A DNA stretch of 63,800 nt, filler included, from Platydemus manokwari (Eukaryota), in NCBI GenBank assembly GCA_037951405.1. It is 6 parts of 6 records of this genome, joined end to end, with 100 filler letters (N's around TTAATTAATTAA, not from the genome) between each part and the next. Parts side by side here need not be neighbours in the genome. Positions count along the whole stretch, not along the records: positions 1 to 15,598 come from JBBMOY011271428.1; 5 more parts are not named here. One strand, 5' to 3'. The position numbers and the translations under genes are program-made. Under the pieces are notes generated by a model, which did not search any database, was not told the DNA's origin, and saw only the letters and a list, made by a program, of their open reading frames with translations. Each line of letters begins with the position of its first letter. Position 1 is the stretch's first letter. Below, one piece after another: positions 1 to 12,884 of this stretch.

Positions 1-1154
1 ATAGGCAAGCATTTATTACTGAATGAAAAAAATTATTTTTTTAATTTTTAATTATTAAATTAAATTATTTTTAATTATAAAACGATAACAAGAAAACAAT
101 TTTACCAAAATTTTATTTTAATTAGATTATTAAATTTTTTTTTACTTTTACTATAATTATTAGAATTAATAAATATAGCTTCCTAAATGTGCTAAATTTT
201 GAGAAAATATGCCTCTAACTGAGCACCACATTCTTATATTCTGGTTCGTAGGTCATGACTCTTTACATAATTACTACAAATTACTACTATTTCTGAATTA
301 TGGAAAATTAATTAAGAAACGAAACATGGATGTAACAAATTTTCTGATTCAATTAAAACATATCAGTTTTAGCAACTAATTCTCAAATATATTTATTATA
401 AGAATCGAAATATAATAATCAAAAATAATATTAATAAATTAGATATATAAAATTTAAAAAAATAACAGAAAAAATATAGAAAAACTATAACAATTTTTTT
501 CCAAAAATCAAACGGCAAATTGAAAAAATAATTATTTCAGAATTTGTAATTTTAATTGGAAATTATATGATCTGTTTCAATAATAACTATATAAATTTAA
601 AATATAATAATATCAAATCATCATCCTTAAGAGAATAGATTTTTTACTTACAGACATGACTAACAACTAATTCGTATTGCAACACAGTAATAAGTTATCA
701 CTCAAGACAGGATCAGCACCCGAAAGTTCAATACAAAATAGAAGAAAACCAAAAAGACTTCCTATTGGAAAAATCACACAAAAGTCAAAGTACAGAATAC
801 ATTTTACCGACCAAAAAAGACTGGGATTTGATCATGAAATCTGGAATCCCGTTTGGAATCCCAGTACTTCGTTTTTCATTTATTTAATTCGTCCGTACAT
901 AGAAATATTAGTAATTTTACTTACATCTCTCGTAAAATTAGCGAATTTTGGTGGTATGCGCCACTTGATAATTAACTTCTAAATACTGATTGATATAAGA
1001 GAGGTTCTGACTGAATATTGGCACGTTCATTTATTGAATCTGTGTGTATCAACCCTTTACGCTTATTTTCATGTTGCTAGTGGACATCTTGACCGCTCTG
1101 TGACCTACCCAGCATTTGTTATCCACATTCTTAAAATAAGTCACGGCTTTCTTT

Positions 1155-1189
1155 ACGGTTATGGTCGTTACCGTGAGCCTCGACGCTAG
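1155..1189 (+). mobile_element. Probable Helitron 3' terminus
   Basis: GC-rich hairpin ACGGT-tatggtcgtt-ACCGT (1155-1174), an 11-nt spacer, then CTAG (1186-1189) followed by T. This is the canonical Helitron 3' end arrangement. The 5' end was not identified. Confidence 0.4.
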
Positions 1190-1739
1190 TAATTTTCCTA
1201 CAGAAATTTAAATGCTATAGATTGGTTACTAACATTTTGTTTTAATTTTGATTTATTCTGTAATTCAGTTTCTTAGAGATGTTTTCTATGAGTAATTGTC
1301 AAATTTAAAAAGCAGAAAATTCAGTGTGATGAAATGAAATGCATTTTCGCTTAAATTATTCATATCATGTTATGTATATTTTTTAACCCTTGATTTTTTC
1401 TATAATGTAAGAAACAATCAAAGCAATATGAATATTTCAATATGACGTGAATCAATATAATCGATAAAATTTGGAAATTTTTGATTATTTAAAGACTTAT
1501 CTCCGAAACGAAATTTAGGTTGCGTTTTTCTTAGTGGATACAGATATGATGAGGTGGTTGTAAAATGACCAAAACTTTAATACTTGAACATAACATATAC
1601 AAACTAATAATATCAATATAACTACTAAGAGGAAATCCATCGAAATTCCCTAAAATAAGAAATTAATTTATAAAATATCAATACGCATTAAGAAATCGCG
1701 CATTAACAGCGACAAATAAATTGTCAGGTATTTTCGCGC

Positions 1740-2700
1740 ATGTGAATTCTATCACAGAATAAAATAAACACTCGATTAAATTAAATTGAGAGATATTTTC
1801 TCTGTCTAATAAATATGTTCAGAGAGATTTTCTCTCATCGGTGAATAAATTCTATCGATAAAATAATAAAATCACTGACATTAGATTTAATCGCAAAGAA
1901 TATCTGCGAGTGATTTACACTGCCTATATAAGGCAGCAGTCACAAACACAATGGCCCACAATTTCACATTTGCTAAGAGGCCGTTATACGCTACATCAAT
2001 TGGAGAAGACACACCATTTAAATTTCAATTCGACGCACAGTAGAAGATCATCTACTGCAGAATAATAATATTCCCTTATATGTCCGGTATTTTACTGAAA
2101 GACCATAGTAAGATCGATTCGTGTAAAATACTGATTTATATTATAGATCGTATCATTTTAATCCTATTATCGAGTTTGTTACTCAAAGATCTTGAAGGTA
2201 ACCGGTTTTGCTCCTAGAGTGTGGATTTATTAACTATCATCTTAATCCAGGAGTTGTAAGGTCTATTATAAGTATATTTTTATTTATTGTGTAGTTTTAA
2301 AATAAATCTGTAATTTTTCTTTTATTATTGATGTTAATCAGCTTTTGTATTGATGTTATATTTAATAAACATCTGTAGCATTAAATTTCAGTTCTAAATC
2401 ATATAGGAATCGTAAAATCATTGTTCGTAATTATTGTAAAAAATATAGTTAATTGTTTAAATAGGGTTAAGTATTTTGAGACTGATAACTAAGTTAATTA
2501 AAATATATCACTACTGCCACACTTATTGTCTTCACACAATAAGGCTGTGCTAGGTGAAGGATCATCAACATAAGGTATGTTATACCTGTGGTCTTAATCA
2601 AGAGCTTATAGAGACTGATTAAGATAGTAGTGGTATCAAATAGGATTAAGCTTAGTCAAAACAATAAAATCAATAAGGCCCGAACGTAATATTAAATAGA
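1740..2700 (+). mobile_element. LTR-like repeat (solo Gypsy-type LTR), copy A; boundaries approximate
   Basis: TATA context GCCTATATAAGGCAG (about 1922) resembles GCCTATATAAAGCAG in the LTR at about 55929. It has an AATAAA and the conserved 3' hairpin (2591-2625) shared with four other LTR-like repeats. Confidence 0.5.
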
Positions 2701-4555
2701 GAGTAACTTACTTGAATTGTTCCTTCTGTGTTTGACTGCTATGATTACTTTGTATTTAGAATATCTGCTATATCGTAATCTTTATATTTGAAGTATTCAA
2801 AACTCTAGTACATCTATTGACAACTCGTAAATCCCAAATCAAAAATATCAGTCTCACTTTAAAAAATTATTAGTTTCAACTAATAGAAAATATTCATGTA
2901 CACATAATTATGTCAATCAAGCTCAAAAAGTGTGGCTCAAAATTTTTCTAAAATCTTGGATTGGAAAAATCAACAGAGAACATAGATTTATTTTGGTTAG
3001 CTCGATTAGTTTTTATGAATGCAGGATCGTAATATCTTTAGGCAATATGGTTGTAACAAATTCCTTTGTAAAGCTTAGACTCTATCACAAATGTAATTGA
3101 AAATTATTATGCTTCAGATGTTGCAAATAATTGTCAATGTAATTCCTGTTTATTGTTGTCAATATTCTAAATATGATAAATTTTTTGTAGAGATTTAGTT
3201 TCTGTGAATATCATGATAAATAATGAGCTGAATAACAGAAAGATATAACCAGCAATTCATACACAAAAAAACAAATGTAAAAATATCACCCATGATTTGA
3301 GTTTGAGAGTCAATTCATTCCATGTACTTATTGTGTATCTACTTTTCATTTAATAAAATCTTCTGAATTCTAGACTATTTCAGATTTTTATTCTATGCCG
3401 TTTATTTATACGAATGTTATTGTTGGTATGCGCCGGTTGAAAATCGAAATTACAATTTCAAGTGGGATAATTTTAATCGAACAATAAAAAATTTCCTTCT
3501 TTGTATTTAAAACACTGAAATTATCTTTTATCTAGAAGAGATATTTTCATTTTTACTCTTATTGTATTTAATCTTAACACAAGAATTAATTTTAAGTCAA
3601 GACGAACATGATTAATTCAATCATCATTTTGAATTTTTGGCTTGTTGAAACAACCCTTATGTATTTTGATGATAACAATAATGTGAATGCGCTATACTTT
3701 ATAATTAGAATTATGTCTTTTCAATGGACCTAACAAAATTATTATTATTTTTAATTATAATTCATTATTAAAATTCAAATCAGTTAAAATTATAATTTAT
3801 TTATTCATAATCAAACTATTATCAAAATTAATGAGAAATAATACACAAAATAATAGTTTAAAAAGGATTCTAAAGGCTTTTGTTTGAACTAGTTATACGT
3901 CTGAAAGTTTAGTCCTATTGATACATTTATTTATTCTTTTATCTAAGGTATTTAGAAATTGATAAATATTGCTTGATTTCAAAGTAAATAAATTAGTTAT
4001 AAACTTCTTTGAAGATTTCCAAGTCATCTTTCTAGGGTTTGATTTCATTAGTTGAATAGATTATAATTTAGCAGTTAATATTTTGTAATTCATTGCATAA
4101 TGATTGCATTTTTGAAATGGTTTATTTAATATTTGAAAATATACAATTTACTGGCTTTGCAGATAAGCTGCTTCGGATTTATAGGCATGGAAATGAAAAA
4201 AGAAAGTATCTAGGATGTCCAAAAAAATGTGAGCCAGTTACAATAAACGGTAACATAGAAACATAAAGCCAATGCAAATAATTAACTCAATGTGTACATT
4301 GACTTGAGTTAATTTGATATTAATATTGATAGACCTGCGTCTTTCCGTATTCTGATTATTTCCGTATATTCCCCATATTTCTACGTTTAAGTATTTGATC
4401 TTATACATAGAGTCACGTTATATCATATAAATTAATTGGACAGATAATCATTTGATATTATATAACACCTTATAGTATTACATGATGAGGTAGAATGATA
4501 TGAAATAAAGTATGATAATAATAAATTATATCGTCGATAGCAATAATCATCCGAA

Positions 4556-4592
4556 ATTATATTATTATTATTATCATTATTATTATTATTAC

Positions 4593-4630
<38 letters not shown>
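4556..4630 (+). repeat. (ATT)n microsatellite
   Basis: Directly visible, slightly interrupted ATT run. Confidence 0.95.
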
Positions 4631-4631
<1 letters not shown>

Positions 4632-5905
4632 AAATGTTATGAAATAAATGAGTTATTTTTTATTTATATACAAAACTGAATTAACATTATTCTTTAACAT
4701 CGATAAAAGCATCATGAATAAATAGTGACTAAAGAGGGTTAAAAGAACTAAAAAAGACTTAAAATAATAATGATTGGATTAACAAAATTAAAATTAATAA
4801 ACATAAATCAAGACAACCAGGTGGAAATATTAATTTGATTAAAATAAATCAAAACAAAAAACCAAGTAAATAAAATAATGGTTAAAAAATGTCTAGAAAA
4901 GAGTTCCAGTTTTATGTATAATTTGTCTGGGTATGAAGAATTAATTAAAATTTCACAATTCAGTAATTTTGAAAATCAATACAAAGTATCTAAAATTTCC
5001 TGTTTCATAATATCCGAATTTATTTTTTAAGAGTATAATTTTGTGCCAGATTATTAGTATCTGACTCATGAGCAGTGGTTTTTTTAAGTCAAACTTTTAT
5101 ATCTGGTAAACTTGTTCATAATGCAACATTAATCTTAACAATATGTACTTTCTGATTTATTTATCATTAAAGACTCATTAATTCCTTTCTTTAAAATTAT
5201 TTTTTTTCCGTTAAGTTTTTGTTCATTAATTTTTATTTAGTAATATATTTATTGTTATTTATATATTAGATTATTAGCAATCTCGTTTGATCTGGTTCTT
5301 AAAGACGAATGATGCAGGGATTTAGATACTATTATCACCAGATACTAATTTTATTTATTAGGACATTAATTGTAAACATAATTACACAAATCATGGTCAA
5401 TCAACAGAAGTAACATTAACAACAAGAAACGATTAATGAAATAATAACATTAATAGTTAAGGCCTTTTACATACAATACTGGTCGTGGAAAATAACCTGT
5501 CTAATGAACTGGAATCTGACAGGGATTCGTCCTCAATATCAAAATAATATAATTAAGGTATGGGAACATGAGAATGAAATGGAAAATTAAATTAATAAAT
5601 TCAAACATCAAAGCAATTGTAAAAATAAGAATTTTAAAATCTTAAACAAAATCAAATTTAGTAAAGATGCTGTAAAGATAAATTGATTCCGTTGAAAATT
5701 AAACTCAAAATAAGACAATAAGTTAGGTAAATTGATTAGACTTGAAAAAGTTTCAGAAAAACATATAATTCAAGTTGCTGAATTTTTAGATTATAAATTT
5801 GTTTTAATAAATGTCAAATTGCATTTTCATTTGAATATTTGGTAAATTTTACAATTTTTATATTATTTTATTTATAAAATCAATAGAGAAATTCTACTTT
5901 ATTAT

Positions 5906-8903
5906 ATGCACTGTCCAATTTGCCTGAAACAAAATTTATTTAATAAAATTATCTGTTTATCTTCAACATGTTATATTTGTGAATGCGATTCATGCATATT
6001 GTGCTTGGATGAGGAAGAATATAACAACTGGTGTCAAGGTAAATTATTTGATGAATATTTTTGTTAAGGTTTTTTTAGAATATTTAGAAAGTACTAACAC
6101 CGATGATAATTTGCACAGCAAAACCAATGATGATAGTTTTTGCAGGAAAGAATCATTGATGGTTATAAGTTCTTTTGATTCTAATCGTATTCCTGAAACT
6201 GATAAATTACTAAATTCCGAGTTTTTAAATAATACCTGTAGTAATGATACTGATAAAGTCTCTGACACCAACGAATCGAAGCTGTTGATAGATGGTCACT
6301 CAAATGATTTTAAAACTAACGAAGATGTCTATAATTATGATAAATCAATAAGTGAAAGTTCATATGATCCCAATGAATCTTATAAAGAAACTGCAATTGT
6401 TAACATTTTGGAAAATAATAACTTTGACGGAGTTGATTTAGATGCAGATACAAACGATGAAACTATTATTTATTCACAAAATAAATATAGATTATCCACA
6501 GACACTGACCAGTTTATATCAAATAAACGAACTGATGACCAGGATAAAAACGAATCAACAGTTAAATTGTTTAAAGATGGAAAGATAACGAATTGGTTGC
6601 TAGGCAATGAACCTATTTCACCCAAACGACCAATGAAACGAGATTTTAGCAATGATAATCAAATTTCGGACACTCCTACCAAATTGAGGAAATTTTCAAA
6701 TAATACAAGCAGTGAAAGCGCGATAACAAATTTATCCAAGATTTTTAATTGGCTTACACTACCACTCCCATTGAAAACCGAATCCAAAATCGTTTCGATG
6801 ATTCTCGTTCATTTTGATCTATTTTCTTCATCAGACGTTATCAGTGATTTTAAACGCCAATATATGGTGCTCAATGCGTTGGCCAATCGATTTCAATTCG
6901 ATTTTATCATACCTGTTTCATATGGTTTCTTGTCAGATCTTTACGACACCGTTCAAGCAATTTCTTCCACCACTGTCCATCAACAGGAACGAATCGATGA
7001 TCGTATCGTTACAACTTTAAAAAACTATTTCAAACAAATCGATTCACAAGGAATGAATGAATGTCATTTTTTGATGAAATCTGTGTGTGACCGATGCGGG
7101 ATTCAGTCATCCGTGACAATTGACGATTATTTCCTCTCGCTACCCTATGATATTACATACTTCAAAATGACAAAAAGCAGAATGAGATATACGGAAATAT
7201 GTAAACAGTGTGATAAAAACGTTTTCCATACACAGATATTGATCAAAAACATGCCAAAATTTCTCATTGTCCATTGTCGAGATGGATTGAAACATCGATT
7301 CGAACGCTATGATGAGAGGCTGTGTGTGAAACAGAAATCTTTCTCGCTCATTTCAATTATCGAATGTCATTCGCAAGATGATATTTTATCGGCTCAACCG
7401 ATCGATTGTAAACTCAGTTTCAGCCAGTATAATTTGGCATCAATATCGCGACCCAATATCGACTCAGCATCATTCGTGGCTCATCTCAAATATAAAAGTA
7501 TTTTTTTCATAAATAACTATTGATTATTTCCTTATAATCGTTCCAGTTGAATGATTCTGGTCACGGCTTGCATTTTTCCCGTGATATCAGAAATATGGAA
7601 TATTTTCAGGTAAATATATATGCTAGATTTTGTTTGAGATGGGTGACAGTGGGAGAGGGGGCTGGTTAATATGGGTGGGCGTGTGTGAGTGTTCGTTCTC
7701 TTTGTGGATCTTGTTTAATGATGTGTGTGTTGATTAATGAGGTTCCCAGGCTGAATATGCGCTTGTTTCACCAGTTATTAGTCGAGATGTTTGTCAAGAC
7801 AACATCTCGACCCCATCACCTCTATTCGCCCATGATTTTTATGCATTTATTCGAATTTATATATCATATGATTAATAATAACCCATCCCCATAGCAACGA
7901 TATTGATCAAATATTTTTACTCCTAGATGGGTGGTACACCATGTCCGACACCAGTCAACCGGTTCTTTGCCAGCCATTATCATCACCAAACATCAATCAC
8001 TGTTCCCGGATAAGATTTCTCATTTATGGAGAACCCCTTGACATTCCAGATCACCAATCAGTATCAATAGATGATTTTGTGAGAGATTTCAGACACATGA
8101 ATATCGATTTGGACTCGTTTAGCCTTACATCGATGAAGGACAGGCCGCCACCGACACCTCCATCATCGGCATCAGCATCAGTTGACAACTGCATTCCACA
8201 ACAATCAGCCATAAACAGCCACAATCAATCGATTTCAGACATTATTTCCACACAAAATCCAACAGTCGAGATCGAATTAATTGATTTGAATGAATTTCTG
8301 CCCGAAAATAATCAGAGCCAATATTTGTCACTCATTTCTCGTCCAGATATTTCCAGATCTCCATCATTTTCATCTCAATGTTCCAATAATAATGATAATA
8401 GCTCTGGTAGCACCAGTTCTCACTCATCAGCATCATCAGCATCATCATCGTCATCATCATCCACCAATCGGGTTGCATCAATTCATTCACGGTCCACTGC
8501 ATCGAGATTCAATGATGGCAATGGCGACACAGATCTCGATATCGATATCGATACGGATTGGAATTATTCATGTGATTTGTCCTTGTTGATCAATCCAACT
8601 GTCACCAACACACAATCATCAATACCAATCGATAATCACAACAAATTCAATCCTTCACATCCTATCAGCTCTTCTGGCGTGTCGTCATGTTCGTCATTGC
8701 TCGATATCTGTCCATTATCAGCTCGATCTCAACACAGAGATCCATCCATTCATTCTCAGACAACAGCATCTCATATCAGTGATTCCATCAGTGATTCGTC
8801 TTCATCGATGAGCACTTTCAGCATTTTGAGTCGAAAACGAAAATTTACCATTGATGATCTGATTGAAAAAAAACGAATGAAATGTATGACACGTGATTTT
8901 TAA
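5906..8903 (+). CDS. USPL1-like USP-fold (SUMO/ubiquitin isopeptidase-like) protein, apparently catalytically inactive; 3 exons (5906-6038, 6079-7497, 7927-8903), about 842 aa
   Basis: GT-AG introns with matching phase join the 514-aa and 320-aa ORFs to a Cys-rich first exon (MHCPICLKQ...YICECDSCIL), which resembles the USPL1 N-terminal CPxC...CxxxxC motif. USP finger CxxC pairs (CDRC, CKQC), PKFLIVHCRDGL, FSLISIIE, FVAHLKYK|NGWYTMSD and IRFLIYG match USP-fold C-terminal strands. The protein ends in a Ser-rich tail with a bipartite NLS (RKRK...KKR). Confidence 0.7.
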
Positions 8904-8984
8904 GATTGATTTTTTCATAAAATATATTTTATTTTTGTTTTTGCTTTTTATTTTTACCAAGGTTTTTAAAATCATATGTTATAT

Positions 8985-9530
8985 TACACTGACAGGTGCT
9001 CGAAATGTCGTCCGTGCCCTTTAGACCAGCGTCTTAACCTAGAAATCCAAGCCTGTGTAGCGCTTTGAAGGATAAATTGTGAGATATCGTTCCAAGCTCG
9101 TTTTCAAATCATCAATAGAATTTATGTTACGTCGGCAATTCTGAAGCTCTCTTAATAACAAGCTCCAAACGCAGAAATCCATGACATTTAAGTTTGGACT
9201 TTTAGAGTGCCAATCTCCAGTTCAATGAAATCAGGAGTATGTTGCTGAGGAAATTGAACTGAAACCGTTGCTGTGTGAGCCTTGGCACCATCCTGCTGCC
9301 GTGTCCATATTTGGTCATCCATTGCGTTTCGTACATCTCTGAACATCTGTGGAGATATCTCTTCACAATAAACTTGTTGTTTATTGTTTTTTCTTCGTAC
9401 CTTCAGAACTCTGATGACATCCTTCAAGAATTTTTACACAAAAAATATTCAATATTATTTCATGCAGAATACTTTCATACATCGATACACAATCATTTCC
9501 AGATCATTGTCCTTTTACAAAGTTGTTTTT
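8985..9530 (-). mobile_element. Tc1/mariner-superfamily transposase remnant (maT/rosa-like, DDxD type)
   Basis: Minus-strand peptides QQDGAKAHTA, WHSKSPNLNVMDFCVWSL and a terminal GRHFEHL; frameshifted. Confidence 0.85.
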
Positions 9531-10295
9531 AGTCCCAAACCCCAACATATGTAATGTTTTATATAAATATTTAAATTAATCTACCAATTAAAATGACGAT
9601 AAAATAAGCATCTAAATAAAAAATAAAAACTTTAAAACATTCGTTTCTCAAAACTAATGAATGAGAAAAATGTATTAAAATTGACAAAAATGAGTCGGGC
9701 ATTTATTGAGAGTCTGAGATAAACACTCTGATAAGATAATCGATAAGATTGTAAAGCGTTAAAGCTAAAAATTCGAAAAGGAGTGGACAAAGTTTCTTTT
9801 ATGAACAAAGGTGTATGTTAAAAAAAGCAATGATAATCGATTTTTTATTATTTATATTTTTATTTTATTATTAATTACAAGACTGTTCAAACACGACATA
9901 GTAAAAGAAGATCTTCTAAAAATATTAAAGGTTAAAATACAACGTAAAGAAATGCACTCTTGTGCTCTAAGAGTTCACGTTATAACGATTGAGTTATATT
10001 GTATATTTGTGTATGTTAATCAATTGACTTTTCTTAATAACTGTGTTCTGACTTATTTTGGTTGATAAATGAATTTATCTTATTATTAACTTAAATCAAA
10101 AGGAACAGTGAATTGTTAAATAAACGTATGAACAATCATATCATAATCCCAGACATATCAGAGTTGTAGAAGACATCCTGCCCAGCTGTACCAAACCGTA
10201 TAATTAAACAATGAATCCACAAATACATATTAACAATCCCCAGCAAATATTCGAAGTTATTTCATCAACTAATAAGTTTTGAAAATTGTTCAGAT

Positions 10296-10462
10296 CAGGG
10301 GTCTCCAGGTCACGGTTGTCTGATGAACATTTAAATGTCTTATTAATGATTTCAACTACTCATTTTGAACCACAATTTTTGTAAACCTATAATAGTTTTC
10401 GCCCTCCAAATTTTAAAACATCAGCAATGTGGCCATTTACTGAAAAAGTTTGTAGACCCCTG
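10296..10462. mobile_element. hAT-type MITE, 167 bp
   Basis: TIRs CAGGGGTCTCCA / TGTAGACCCCTG with a perfect 8-bp target-site duplication GTTCAGAT (10288-10295, 10463-10470). Confidence 0.9.
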
Positions 10463-11571
10463 GTTCAGATAATTAAATTTTAATAATTAGACTCGTAGTA
10501 CAGTTACGAATTTCTTGAAGAAACTGATCGACAAATAAAAACTGAACGGTTTTAATTTCACACTTAATTTAAAATCATAATTTTTTTAGAAATTCTTACA
10601 ATTATGAATTGGAAAAAATCTGATGTATTTAAATATATGATATGAAAGCTGCTAAAAAATTAAAAATTTATTTTATGATGTCACTATGTCGGAACTGGGT
10701 GTGGAGCCACATACAGCTTCGTAATATGAACACCAAACAACTAAAACAAAAATCAATAACACTGCAATAATTTCATAATCTAATAATTGAAGTTCGTAAG
10801 CTAAATTCACATTGTTGAGATCTTTCCAGGTGCGAATTACCAGCTAATGAAAAATTATACAAGCGTTTATTAAATAAAATATACTGATTGGCATTTAATG
10901 TTTATTTTATCAAACTTATAATGTCATGTTCAGGTGAGAATTATCAATATTTATTATATATATAATAATTACGTTACCTTTAAGACGGATCAATCAAAAA
11001 ATCCCAAGCAATAATTAATCGGTAAGAAAGTTCATTAGCTGTTATATTAACGAATAGCTTTCCATTGATTAAGATGGGAAATAGAGAAAATGAAATACAA
11101 ACAACTGAAACAATTGTCAGATAATTTTTACGCCAACTCAGTTTCATATGCCGACAAAATACCAGATCGATTCTTCCAGGATGATAAAGGAGTGATGTGG
11201 AAAAATATATTGAAAGCAAAACAGATGTTATGATTCGAATAGATCAAGGGATTTGAAAAACCCATCAATTTGTGTCTTTAAAATGCATTATATTTGTTTT
11301 CAAATAAATTTCAGTTTGTTTTAAATATTTTATATTGACAGAAATTTTACATGGTTTTTTGATTTGCAAATTTTGGAATTCGATGAAATCACACAGCGTG
11401 AAGTTTTTAATTTAATAACTGAAAGAATTAAACAAAAATATGTTTAAATTATGAACATTTATTTTAATGATTAACAAAATTGAGTAGCACTGTGATTACG
11501 TAACAGTCGTTAATTTTGATGGAAATGACAAAACTATATTTTTATAAAATTATTTCCAATGACTAACCATA

Positions 11572-12607
11572 TTTAATTTTATACAAATATAATTTTATAT
11601 AATATTAGAATTAATAATTTAATTCATTTAAAATATCTCACATCCCCCTTTCTTTAAAATCTTTGATTTTGTTAATGAGTTCTGTATCGAATACTCTACA
11701 TATTGCATTACACAAAAACTCTAATTCTTCTATTATTTAATATCTTCTTTTACATCTCCATTACATCTTCTTTTATATCCCCTTTTTATCTCTTCTACAA
11801 CTTTTTTATATTGTTGGGGTATTAACGAATATTAAATTCTGACTCCTCGAAGGTATATTAATCAATATACAAAAACACACTGACAAAACCTCGACAAATC
11901 AATATACAAAACACATTAACAAACCTCGACAAATTAATATACAAATTACACTGACAAAATCTCGGCAATTAATATGAGTTCAATAACTTCACCAAATCTG
12001 GTTTCCCACTGGCAGTTGGCTATCTTCACATTACTTTTATACTTGCGATCTGTGTGCATCTTTCTGTGTCATGATGTACTACAATTTGATTTGGTGTTTG
12101 CCTTTCTGAGCTCTTATTGGGTAATTAGGTTTTTATACGAATGGGAAGGGTCAATCCCTAGATGTGTGTTCTGTGTATTTATGCCCTTTTTTCCCGATTG
12201 TAATTTGCTAGCTAGCATCACTGTAATTGGCCGATTGGCATGCCTGTATGATCGTGCCGGCATGCACATGCTCAAAGTGCCAAAACAAGAGTTGCAAGGT
12301 GTAATTTCGCTTTTCTTTTTTCAGAATTTCATCTCACTCAACAATATGTTCTCAATATTGTCTCAGCATCTTCCCCTATCTTTTCTATAATTTTCAGTCG
12401 TTGATCTTTTCATAATCGAATCCAGATGCGTGGTCGCCATATTAGCAGCTAATGTTTTAAAAACCACACATTAAAAACGAACTGAAAAGTCAAAACACCA
12501 AAAATCTATTTAAATACAAATATTTAAACAAATAAATTTAATTTTATACAAATATGAATTTATATAAAATTAGGATTAAAAATTTAATTCATTTAAAACA
12601 CCTCACA
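11572..12607 (-). mobile_element. Non-autonomous short-LTR retrotransposon (TRIM-like), copy 1
   Basis: 5' LTR 12607-12440 starts TGTGAG. PBS TGGCGACCACG (12439-12429) follows. PPT AAAGAAAGGGGGA abuts a truncated 3' LTR (11642 to about 11572). Internal gag zinc-knuckle remnant (GKKGHKYTE). Confidence 0.85.
11860..11975 (+). repeat. About 35-bp tandem repeat (about 3 copies) inside the TRIM-like element
   Basis: Repeated unit resembling AATCAATATACAAAA(A)CACACTGACAAAACCTCGAC. Confidence 0.85.
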
Positions 12608-12884
12608 GCTGATAATGATTGAATCACAAACCATAAATCCAAATCTCATTCATCATAACAAACAAATATTAATGAAAATATAATCAATAAATACTCAATA
12701 ATAACAATGATAAGTTAATCAATATTAAATTTAAAATTATAAACCAAAATTAAAGAGCAAATAAAATGAAAAACAACTAATTTTATTTACAAAATCAAAA
12801 CATTCAATCTAAATAATATCAACAACAAGCAATCTAGAGTGGATATCAATGGATATATTTATTATTATCTCCATTTGAAATATA

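Noticed and set aside
2611-2645. CTGAT-containing LTR motif as a hammerhead ribozyme
   Set aside because: The core would need CUGANGA...GAAA. The copies read CTGATTA, CTGATAA or CTGGTCA and pair into the outer stem instead.
8290-8589. His-rich 99-aa ORF
   Set aside because: It is an alternative frame of the Ser-rich (TCA repeat) exon of the USPL1-like gene.
11974-12390. 138-aa hydrophobic ORF
   Set aside because: It is the antisense reading of a decayed gag inside the TRIM-like element.
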